Assembly (NCBI GenBank): GCA_964526325.1
Contig: CAZGKM010000005.1
Span: 113-64,112 of the forward strand
DNA from: an uncultured Gammaproteobacteria bacterium
Lineage (GTDB): Bacteria; Patescibacteriota; Patescibacteriia; Patescibacteriales; GWC2-42-12
DNA: 64,000 bases
Direction of reading: 5' to 3'
Shown: positions 53,284-61,914 of the stretch, in pieces
Layout: every line of letters starts with the position of its first letter
How positions within the stretch are numbered: position 1 is the first letter of the stretch
The notes under the pieces: model-generated
What the model was told of the DNA's origin: nothing
The model's database searches: none
What the model saw: the letters and a program-made list of their open reading frames with translations, nothing else
Program-made: the position numbers and the translations under genes

Positions 53284-56200
53284 TTATTTTTCGTTTACCC
53301 AAACGTTCCCGCCAAAACTCTGCCAATAACCGCAGTCGTTTACGCCGTAGCCGTCATTGCACCAGCCCCAATTGTCTTTAATTTTAATTTTCGGTTGAAC
53401 CATGCATTTTCCGGCTCCGTCAATCGAACAGTCAACATCAGAACCATCTCTATTGGCTTTAGCTTTTAAATCCCAATAGCTATATAGATGATAAAGCGAA
53501 TGAGGATTGTCCGAATTTGGCCGGCCGCGCATTTCTACGCCGCTGACAATCGTCTGTTCGTCGTCACCCCAGTCAATAGCATACATAATCAGGGGCAATT
53601 GCTGCGAATCAACTTGGCTGGTAAATGTTAAATTGGCGAATTGGCTGGAATATAAATTTACATTGCCTGCCTCAACCGCGTTTACTTTAATATTGTCTAT
53701 AATGGGCGGATTAGCGCAAAAATCGCCGGGATAAGCAGGCCGAATACCGCCAGGGCATAGCGTGCTCGGCGGCCCCCAAATAGCGCCTTCTAATATTTCA
53801 TAATGACCGCTGTCCCATTGCCATGCGCCATAACTTTTAGCAAAAATACGTTTAACTGTTTCGTTAGTGTGCAGACTGCCGGCTCGAACATTATCCGTAG
53901 CCGAATCTTCAAAATAAAGCGGTTGATTGCCTTCGGTGTCCGGCTTACTATCCCATTCATAAGGATTACTACTCGGATAAGGATGATTAATCCTGCCAAA
54001 AGGTTCTAGATCAGTTAAATAACTATAACCTCCAACAGGTACGCCAACCCCGGTTATGCTCGGATCATTGGGAATAATATAATCGGTTCCTTTGTACATC
54101 CGAGCGCTCCAATATTTATTTTGCCCCACAGAAGTAACAGTCTGGACTATTTTAGACGCGAAATATGTTTTTGTATTAATAACTATATCAAAAAAAGTCC
54201 CATGGCCACTATCGTGACAACCACTATTTGATCTTGTTGATAACACCACCGCTTTTAATTTATTATTCACGTCAAAACATGCCGCCGCTTCAGCGACATG
54301 GCTACCATCAAGAGCTACTAATCTTCTCCATTCAATTGTAGAGCCGGATGGACACAAATCTACTGTATTATTATTGGCAGCGGTTAAACATCCGATACCG
54401 GTTCCACAAATTGAAACTGTCGAATCCATATCAAAACATATATATTTATCTTCATACATTTTGCATTTATCGGCTCCCAATTGCGCAGCTGTAAAAGTTA
54501 ATGTTTCATTATTGTAAGTATGGAGAAGGCCGCTAACACCGGTAGAATAAGCGACCGCCTGCTCTGTTCTTTCGGTCGCATAATATACCGGAAACCTATC
54601 GTTATACCCCGCGCCTTCTTCTATGCCGTCGCCCTTAACCTTATCAATCGGATACCATAAAAGGCAGGAGTTAGGGTTGCCGGGCGCGCGGTCATATTCA
54701 AGGCAATAGCCGTACCAGCCTTCTTGCCTGGCGCCCGAATCTTCGTAATAATCACAAGACAAAGAATCGCTCTCCGGATAAAGCCGGCAGGCTTGCGGAG
54801 TATACCAGTCATCCATGGAGTTTAAAGACGGCCTGACTTGAATATCGTCAAAATAAAAATTGCCTTGAGTATCAGAATCAGAATAAAGAGTGATTTTTAT
54901 TTGACTAATATCATTATTAACAATACTAAATCTGCCCAATTTAAACGTCCAGCCGTTGCCGCTTAATAAAGAAATTTCCGGGCTTAAAGCCATTTGCCCT
55001 TGGCTTTGGCCGGAACCGTTAAAAGCTTCGACTCTGATTTTAGCCGAACCTGACTTTAAATTTATAGTATTAATATTGGCGGTTATGACATAGCTAGTGG
55101 GATTATCGGCTGTACCGCCGACCACTTCAACAAATTCGCTGGTGGCGCTAAAAGTTGAGCCTAATTTCAAAAAATTCTGGCCCTCGGGCGCGCGGCCGAC
55201 GCCTTCGGATTGGGCTTCAATCGGATTATTAACGGCTTTAAAGATATTATCATTCCAAGAAATATTTTCAGCTACCCAGCCGATCGGATAACCGTTAGAG
55301 CCGGCGATTTCAAAATTGCCGTTAGCCAGATAAGCCATTTCTCCGGCCTGCCTCATAGCTCCGAAAGGATAATAATCGGCTTTTAAGCTGCCGTTTAATA
55401 GGCCGACTTTTGCATAACCCGATAAATTGCTGATTTTATCCGCGCCTAAAGTATCAACCGCCTGATTTGTTTTAGGCGACCTGATAAAGCTATTGCAATT
55501 GCCATTCTCGTCAACCCCGTCGCACAAACCGATGTCAAAACAGGTATTATTGCCTTTTTCGTCTTTAATATAGCTTCGGCAAGCCAGCCATTTATCACAA
55601 ATGCGATCCGGCGTAACTTTTATTATAATGTTTGAATCTTTATCAATATCAGCACCGGAAGCAGGCGCCTCGCCATCAACCGTAATATCCGCGTCCCAAT
55701 CAAGGTCGGCCAAGCCGGCGCCTGATTGTTTTCTTTCGTTAAATAAAACACAATTTTTATTGTAATTAACTATGCCGTTACAGCTCTGGCGGTCTAAATT
55801 CTGCCTTAGCTGATAATCTATGGCCACTTTCTTTAATTCCACCGTGCCGAGATTATTGCCGGCGGTAATCGTGCAATTATTTCCGTAGTTTGCGCCCGAA
55901 TAAAAAATTCTGCTGTTTTCATAACTTTCGACCGGCAGGCTAATAGAATTTACTAAATTAGATAAGATATTATTATTGCCTAAAATATAAATACCGGCGC
56001 CCGGGTCCGAGCAATCAATAGTTAATGAGCCGGCGTTGGCTTCCCGCGCCAAGCGATAAACCGTATATACGTCTAAAGATACATTTTGAGTTAAACCTGA
56101 CCAGCCGTCATTAGTGCTTGGATTATTGTCCAAATCCTGAAAACTGCCGTTAAAAATTATACTGACATTAAATTTAGACAAAGGGTCAAGATATTCGCTG

Positions 56201-59200
56201 CAGCCGGCTTCAGAGGCCGCGCATATTCCGGCCCAGTTTGCCGTAGGCTGGCTTACTTTATCGCCGAAGCCGCCAAAACCGAAAGTTTTATCATCGCTAG
56301 TCGGGCATAAATAATCCAAAGTTTCTAATTTACATGTAACTCCGGCCGAACAATCAGCGCCGGTTAAACAGACCGCGCCCCCGTCTCCGCCGCAACGCTT
56401 AATTTTTTTCTTAAACCAACCGGCATAATCACCTTGGTTAACGGCACGGCGCCACTCGCAAATCTGATCGCCCGGATCTTTAAAATAGCTTTCTCCTCCG
56501 TCATAAGCATAAATCTGGCAGCCGACCGCGTTTGCGGCGCATAAAATTTGATTGTATTTATTCGGATCATTTCTTAGATAAATATCGCTATAAAGTCTGG
56601 TTGTTTCGTAGCTATAAGGCTTGCCTAAATATTCACAGCCTTTTTCCTCAACTTCGCATAATTTATTCTCGTCATATACCACGTAGGCGTAACTATCCGC
56701 CGGCACGGTTACTATGCTGGCCGGATCGGAACCGTTAAATATTTCCTCAAACGGATTGGTTGAATTATACGTGTCAATCATTAACTCGCAGCCTACGGCT
56801 AATTCGGAACATAATTTACTGAACTGCTTTAAATAATGAGTTTTATCCGCCCGGTCGGTATACTCGGCACAGCCAAGCATATAGAGAGGATAAGGATTGC
56901 CGGCCTGATCCTGATCGCAAGATGCCGGGGTAAGCCAAGAATTTTTAATTAAATAATAACGGTCAATGATTTCGGTTAAAGTAATATTATCAATATAATA
57001 ATCTTGGCTCGCTTCTAAAAGTAAAAATTCTTCGGCCGCGACCGCATGATTTAAATCCGATAAATTGGTGCGTAAAATCTGCCAGTCCGAAGTTAAATGC
57101 ACCGTGGCGAAACCGGCTTTAGCGACACTATCATTAGTAAAGCTTAAACTTAAATCGGTAGGCGCCGCAGCTTTGGCGATAAAGCTTAAAACATAAGATT
57201 TGCCCTCGGTTACCGCGCTGCCGACCGGACGCTTGGCTTTAAACAGACCGGTAATTTTAATGGAATTGCCCGTGTTATTGGAATCCAGCATCAGCGCTTC
57301 ACTTGAAGGCGTGACAATTGAACCGTCAACTCCGGACCAGACGCCGGTAATGCCGCCGGAAAAATCATCAATAAAAATATTTCTGACATTATTGCCCGTA
57401 TTGCCTATATATTCGCGGCAGCCGTTTTGCGCGGCAGTACAAGTTACGCCCTGGCTTGGCACGGCCTGATAAAGGCAAGTGTTATTATCATCCGACCAAA
57501 CTCCGCCGCTTTTGCAGACTATGCATTGTTCACTGGCATCGTCCCAATGCCGGTCGGCGCCAACGCAAGACGCGGCCGACAATATATTCTCGTCAATATT
57601 TAAAGCCGTGCGGCGGTAAGGATGGCAATCGTCCGAACAGGCGATAGTATGGCTGTATAAACGGTAAAACAAACCGCCGTCGCGGTTATAAAACTGGCGG
57701 CAGTCGTCATTATGGCGTGGATCGCTTGCCGGTAAATTATAGATTGTTTCATCGCATTTAGCCGCGTCATACGGCGTAGTTAAAACCGGCTCCGTATCAA
57801 TACCCGAGCCGCTTTTATTAAGGCTTTCAACTTTTAACTGGTAGCCTGACTCATCCGAACCTTCCCAATTGTAAAACTCGGCGCAATCTCCCTCATTATC
57901 CGCCTTCTTAAGGCACTGCCTTAAATAAGTATAATATTCTATGCCTTCGCCGCCTTTAGCCACTTCATCCAAATTTGTAAATTGATCGCAACTAACGGCT
58001 TCGGCCGAACAAACTTTAGCTGTTTTAGGTATAAAATAAGCGTCCCGGCTCGTATCAAAAGTGGTCTCTCCCTGAACATAGGTATTGTAGCCAACGCATT
58101 CGGCCGGACAATAATCTTGGGCCGCGACTTTAGCCGGAATTTTAGCGCCGTCCGCCACGCCGGTATAAAGTTCGCAGCCGGCTTCTTCGGCCGAGCAGTA
58201 GCTAGCGAAATTATCGCACTCGCTCGGCGGATTGGCGCCGGCGCAGTTTAAATATGATGGCGCTATTTTTTCATAAATTAAAGAGGGTGATGAAGCAGCC
58301 GCATAATCGCTATAAGCCGTTGGCTGTTCGCCTCTTTCCAATTTTATATTATCAATCAGACAGGATGAAGAATTAATCGCGAAACTAATTTCGACGGCAT
58401 CTTCGTCCGAAGGATAAGCGTAAGCTAAACTATATCTTAGCCACTCGCCGCTATCATTAAAATTTGACTGCTTGTCTTCAATAGAAAATTTATCTCCGAC
58501 CGCGCAATCTTTAGCGTAAAGCGATAAAACATAACTTTCGCCGGCTAAACTGTAGTCGCCGGCGCCTATGGCGATCGTCCGGCTGGCTAAACCGTTCATT
58601 TTCATACTATAACTGCCTTGATAAAAATCCGTACCGATTCTTGAACCGAAATTCAGCCAATCGCCGGCCGTTAAATTATTTTCCATGCCGGAATTAACTA
58701 AAAGATTAGCGCCGTTGCCCGGAGTTAATCTGATTAACTCATGGCAGCCCTCGCTTTCCTTGTCGCAATCTTCGGCCTGATTATTTAAATGAATCTTATC
58801 GCCCGAATCATTGGTGCAGGTAAATTTATCGGCCGCTAAATCGTAATCTTGGCAATAATCCAAACAGCCGGCGTTTCCGATATTGCAATTGGAAGAATCC
58901 AAAGTATTTTCCAAATAAGAAACCGTTTGGCCGTTAGGACCGCTAAAAGTCTGGCAAGTATTATTTCTGGGTTCGCAAGATCTTGAATTAAAATCCCATT
59001 TCCGCCTTTCTTCCGTGCAATAGCCGTAAAGCTGGCATGAGCCATCTACTTTTTCTTTAATGCAGGACTGCTCATCCGCGCAATAAGTATCGTTGCGTAA
59101 AACGGATAAACTGCTTTCGCTGCCCTTACCCGTCACCGTTTCAGAAATTATTTCCGGACCGGCGCCTTCGCGCTTGCAGAAATTTTGCGGCGCTTTTAAA

Positions 59201-60681
59201 ACCCAGTTGGGGTCAACTAAGCCATCGCACCAAAGAGAGTAATAGCCAGAGTAATCATCTATATCATCCTTAAAACAAGCGACTAAATCTCTTAAATTTT
59301 TCGTGCCGCTGTCTGAATTTTTCAAATCTTTAATTTTCTCGGCTGCGACTTCCCAGCCTACGGGTATAATTCTGAATTTTCTTAAAATCAGCATGGATCG
59401 GTAAGGATAACCTTCGTTGAATTTAGGCTCAAGGCCATCGGCATTAAAACCGAAAATTCCGTTGCCGTTTAAATAGCCTTGTTCTATAGCCTGCCCGACC
59501 GTCAGCCTTTTTTCAATGGCTTCTCTGAATCTTTCATCTATAACGCAATTGGTCGGTCCGGCCTTATTCGGATCCGGACAAGAAGCCAATTCAGCTAAAA
59601 TATCATAATCGCCTCTTACCTTAAAACTAGGCTCAATTAAACTTTTCATCCTATCGGCCGCACCGGCCGCGCCTTCGGCCTGATTTTGAGCGTTAATATC
59701 GGCTAAATTGCCATAGGTTCCCGGGAAAGTGGTAACTAAGCCTTTTTTTAACCATTTATCCATCAATTTGCCTATTAAAGTATTAACAAAAATATCAATA
59801 GCATCAGCCGTAATATCGCCGGTATAAGTTAATTCTTTTTTAGTGGAATCATAAAATACACTGCCCATTTGTTGAGTTACGGCCAAACCTGGAGTCTTAA
59901 TAAATTTACTGATTGGATCAACCACGTCTTTAATGCCTTGATTTTTTTTCGCTTCCTCTAGGGCTAAATTAACTTTTTTATTAATTTCATTTTCCATGCC
60001 GGTTTGCATGGTTAAAGCTATGCCTAAATCATTAGACCAAGGATTAAACATATCCTGGAATTTAGTCAAAAAATTCTTGTCTTTTAGCGCCGCGTCCCAA
60101 TTTTCCGTCATTTTCGTAAAAGTGCAAGCCGGTTCTGTCGGTCTTTGCGTTTTTTCCAGACCCAGCCCTATTTTAATCTGAATATCTAAATTAGGCTTGC
60201 AAAGATTAAAAGCTATCGGACCTTTCTCTCCCCATTGTTGTATAAATGTCCCGGCAGCGTTATCAGCCGCGTCTTTAACGACTGTGCCGAAATCTCTGGT
60301 TTCAAACATCGGCCCTTGCCCCCAATCTCCTGTAGCTAAATAAGTCGCAGTGTCATAAGCTAAATTATTTAGAAAGTTTTTTACGGCTGCTTTAAAGGCA
60401 ATGGCCGCGCCGTGTTCTTCTGCCCACTTTCTTGCCTGTTTCGCCCAACTCTCGATTTGATCCATAGCTTCCTTATTTGTTCCCGTATCCACTGCCCCTT
60501 GCGTACCTTGATCGCTGGTTTGAATAGACGTTGCTCCTCCTCCTGCTGCAAATTCTCCCCACCCTGCATCTTCCGCATATAAACCTTTCGGCTCAACTAA
60601 CAACCCTACCAACAAAAAACAAAAAACAAAAAATAATATTTTTAATTTAAAATTATTATAGATTTTTTTAAATATTGTCAT
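53284..60681 (-). CDS. 2465 aa secreted Cys-rich giant surface protein with four CBM-like jelly-roll modules and a PKD-like C-terminus
   Basis: It has a signal peptide (ILFFVFCFLLVGLLVEPKGLYA). At least 12 copies of a C..x.GC.x[YF] motif are present (AEEAGCELY, AQNGCREY, AVGCELM, EKGCEYL, AVGCQIY, SEAGCSEY...). The jelly-roll-like modules begin LLVNSGMENN, FIDDFSGG, IIFNGSFQD and LANGNFEIAG. Confidence 0.85.
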   Translation of the reverse strand: MTIFKKIYNNFKLKILFFVFCFLLVGLLVEPKGLYAEDAGWGEFAAGGGATSIQTSDQGTQGAVDTGTNKEAMDQIESWAKQARKWAEEHGAAIAFKAAVKNFLNNLAYDTATYLATGDWGQGPMFETRDFGTVVKDAADNAAGTFIQQWGEKGPIAFNLCKPNLDIQIKIGLGLEKTQRPTEPACTFTKMTENWDAALKDKNFLTKFQDMFNPWSNDLGIALTMQTGMENEINKKVNLALEEAKKNQGIKDVVDPISKFIKTPGLAVTQQMGSVFYDSTKKELTYTGDITADAIDIFVNTLIGKLMDKWLKKGLVTTFPGTYGNLADINAQNQAEGAAGAADRMKSLIEPSFKVRGDYDILAELASCPDPNKAGPTNCVIDERFREAIEKRLTVGQAIEQGYLNGNGIFGFNADGLEPKFNEGYPYRSMLILRKFRIIPVGWEVAAEKIKDLKNSDSGTKNLRDLVACFKDDIDDYSGYYSLWCDGLVDPNWVLKAPQNFCKREGAGPEIISETVTGKGSESSLSVLRNDTYCADEQSCIKEKVDGSCQLYGYCTEERRKWDFNSRSCEPRNNTCQTFSGPNGQTVSYLENTLDSSNCNIGNAGCLDYCQDYDLAADKFTCTNDSGDKIHLNNQAEDCDKESEGCHELIRLTPGNGANLLVNSGMENNLTAGDWLNFGSRIGTDFYQGSYSMKMNGLASRTIAIGAGDYSLAGESYVLSLYAKDCAVGDKFSIEDKQSNFNDSGEWLRYSLAYAYPSDEDAVEISFAINSSSCLIDNIKLERGEQPTAYSDYAAASSPSLIYEKIAPSYLNCAGANPPSECDNFASYCSAEEAGCELYTGVADGAKIPAKVAAQDYCPAECVGYNTYVQGETTFDTSRDAYFIPKTAKVCSAEAVSCDQFTNLDEVAKGGEGIEYYTYLRQCLKKADNEGDCAEFYNWEGSDESGYQLKVESLNKSGSGIDTEPVLTTPYDAAKCDETIYNLPASDPRHNDDCRQFYNRDGGLFYRLYSHTIACSDDCHPYRRTALNIDENILSAASCVGADRHWDDASEQCIVCKSGGVWSDDNNTCLYQAVPSQGVTCTAAQNGCREYIGNTGNNVRNIFIDDFSGGITGVWSGVDGSIVTPSSEALMLDSNNTGNSIKITGLFKAKRPVGSAVTEGKSYVLSFIAKAAAPTDLSLSFTNDSVAKAGFATVHLTSDWQILRTNLSDLNHAVAAEEFLLLEASQDYYIDNITLTEIIDRYYLIKNSWLTPASCDQDQAGNPYPLYMLGCAEYTDRADKTHYLKQFSKLCSELAVGCELMIDTYNSTNPFEEIFNGSDPASIVTVPADSYAYVVYDENKLCEVEEKGCEYLGKPYSYETTRLYSDIYLRNDPNKYNQILCAANAVGCQIYAYDGGESYFKDPGDQICEWRRAVNQGDYAGWFKKKIKRCGGDGGAVCLTGADCSAGVTCKLETLDYLCPTSDDKTFGFGGFGDKVSQPTANWAGICAASEAGCSEYLDPLSKFNVSIIFNGSFQDLDNNPSTNDGWSGLTQNVSLDVYTVYRLAREANAGSLTIDCSDPGAGIYILGNNNILSNLVNSISLPVESYENSRIFYSGANYGNNCTITAGNNLGTVELKKVAIDYQLRQNLDRQSCNGIVNYNKNCVLFNERKQSGAGLADLDWDADITVDGEAPASGADIDKDSNIIIKVTPDRICDKWLACRSYIKDEKGNNTCFDIGLCDGVDENGNCNSFIRSPKTNQAVDTLGADKISNLSGYAKVGLLNGSLKADYYPFGAMRQAGEMAYLANGNFEIAGSNGYPIGWVAENISWNDNIFKAVNNPIEAQSEGVGRAPEGQNFLKLGSTFSATSEFVEVVGGTADNPTSYVITANINTINLKSGSAKIRVEAFNGSGQSQGQMALSPEISLLSGNGWTFKLGRFSIVNNDISQIKITLYSDSDTQGNFYFDDIQVRPSLNSMDDWYTPQACRLYPESDSLSCDYYEDSGARQEGWYGYCLEYDRAPGNPNSCLLWYPIDKVKGDGIEEGAGYNDRFPVYYATERTEQAVAYSTGVSGLLHTYNNETLTFTAAQLGADKCKMYEDKYICFDMDSTVSICGTGIGCLTAANNNTVDLCPSGSTIEWRRLVALDGSHVAEAAACFDVNNKLKAVVLSTRSNSGCHDSGHGTFFDIVINTKTYFASKIVQTVTSVGQNKYWSARMYKGTDYIIPNDPSITGVGVPVGGYSYLTDLEPFGRINHPYPSSNPYEWDSKPDTEGNQPLYFEDSATDNVRAGSLHTNETVKRIFAKSYGAWQWDSGHYEILEGAIWGPPSTLCPGGIRPAYPGDFCANPPIIDNIKVNAVEAGNVNLYSSQFANLTFTSQVDSQQLPLIMYAIDWGDDEQTIVSGVEMRGRPNSDNPHSLYHLYSYWDLKAKANRDGSDVDCSIDGAGKCMVQPKIKIKDNWGWCNDGYGVNDCGYWQSFGGNVWVNEK

Positions 60682-60776
60682 AAAAAATTGACTAATTTTT
60701 ATAAATATGACATTATAATATTCATAAATATCGCACCTAAAAATCTAAATTTATATTTTTAAAATAGGAGGATGAC

Positions 60777-61019
60777 ATGAAAAAAATATCTTCGGTAGTA
60801 TCGGTATTAATGATTGTTCTTTTTGTTTCTTTTTTTTGTATATCTTGCAGCCCTATAAGCATGGCGGCGATAGGAGTAGACGTCGGCTTGAAATTATTAA
60901 GTCCTGATGCGTCTAACCAGGGCAAAAAATTTAATGAAATTGAAGGTTCTCGGATTTGGGACCCAGGAAAAAAGAAATACTATAAATACGACGAAAACCA
61001 TAACCGAGTATATCAATAA
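60777..61019 (+). CDS. Small secreted/lipoprotein-like protein (80 aa), divergent from the giant gene
   Basis: A strong SD (AGGAGG) lies 7 nt upstream. The signal-like N-terminus reads MKKISSVVSVLMIVLFVSFFCISCS, and the gene has its own terminator. Confidence 0.55.
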   Translation: MKKISSVVSVLMIVLFVSFFCISCSPISMAAIGVDVGLKLLSPDASNQGKKFNEIEGSRIWDPGKKKYYKYDENHNRVYQ

Positions 61020-61038
61020 TTCGTCTCCCCCAGCTTCG

Positions 61039-61080
61039 GCCCCGCGTTCAACTAAAAAGTTGATAACGGGGCTTTTTCTT
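61039..61080 (+). terminator. Terminator after the small plus-strand gene
   Basis: The imperfect hairpin gccccgcgttcaact-aaaa-agttgataacggggc is followed by tttttctttt. Confidence 0.6.
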
Positions 61081-61109
61081 TTACTGTTTTTATTCTAATA
61101 AAACTTTTC

Positions 61110-61787
61110 TTACTGACCGCCTAAGGTCTCCTGAAAACTTTTTAAAAGGTCGGCATCGCTGATTTTATCCAGAATGGCCTTATCCATGCCTTGCTCTAAA
61201 AGCAGCTGGCGCAAGCTAACCGCGTCAATATTTTTTAAAATATCAATTTGTTCGCTGTTTAAATCGGCCGCGCCGGTAGGAGCCGGCGCGGTAGCGCCGA
61301 ACTGGTTTAAAAGATTATTTAAAGTGCTGTTGGACGAAGCTGGAACGCTAGAAGCTTGATCGCCTCCGCTTTCTTCAATCAAGCCGGCCCCCGAGCAAGT
61401 CCGCCCTTGCGGGCAATTCGGATCAAAATTTTTCTCTATTTCCTCGCCGTCTTTATAGCCGTCCGAATCCGTATCTTCTAAGTAAGGCGAAGTATTGTAA
61501 ATATTAAGCTCGTCATAATCGCTTAAGCCGTCACCGTCAGTATCTTTAGCTTTTAAAACGTCGCTACTTTGCTCATCGGTTGCAACCTGGCTTTGGCTAA
61601 CCGGCCCGTTGAACGGGCCGTAAATATTGTTTTTTAACTGGGCGAACCATAAAGCCAAAATAAAAACAGCAAAAACCGCCAGACTCGCGGCCGCGATTTT
61701 CTGGTTTTTGCTTAACGGCGGAGGTACTTGTTCTGGCTTGTTCTCTAAATCGCCGCCAATTTCGTCAAATTGTTCGTTTTCAAGCAT
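61110..61787 (-). CDS. Signal-anchored protein with thrombospondin-type-3-like Ca-binding Asp repeats
   Basis: It has a TM segment (IAAASLAVFAVFILALWFAQL) and the repeats DTDGDGLSDYDE and DTDSDGYKDGEE. Confidence 0.7.
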   Translation of the reverse strand: MLENEQFDEIGGDLENKPEQVPPPLSKNQKIAAASLAVFAVFILALWFAQLKNNIYGPFNGPVSQSQVATDEQSSDVLKAKDTDGDGLSDYDELNIYNTSPYLEDTDSDGYKDGEEIEKNFDPNCPQGRTCSGAGLIEESGGDQASSVPASSNSTLNNLLNQFGATAPAPTGAADLNSEQIDILKNIDAVSLRQLLLEQGMDKAILDKISDADLLKSFQETLGGQ

Positions 61788-61801
61788 GGGGACTATATTT
61801 T

Positions 61802-61908
61802 AATGACAAATTTCCAATGACAAATGACAAAAAAATTTCAAATGACTAAATTTCAAATTTTGACATTTGGATTTTGACATTGATTTGACATTGGGTATTT
61901 GTCATTTT
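61802..61908. repeat. Composite palindromic TGACAAATG/CATTTGTCA-family element
   Basis: The left half aatgacaaatttccaatgacaaatgacaaa and the right half ttgacatttggattttgacattgatttgacattgggtatttgtcatt are mutually inverted. Confidence 0.7.
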
Positions 61909-61914
61909 ATTTTT

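Noticed and set aside
38474-61787. Calling the VirB4/VirB6-like region an integrative conjugative element or prophage
   Set aside because: No integrase, relaxase, coupling protein, replication, capsid or terminase genes are present, and there are no flanking direct repeats. Housekeeping genes are interspersed.
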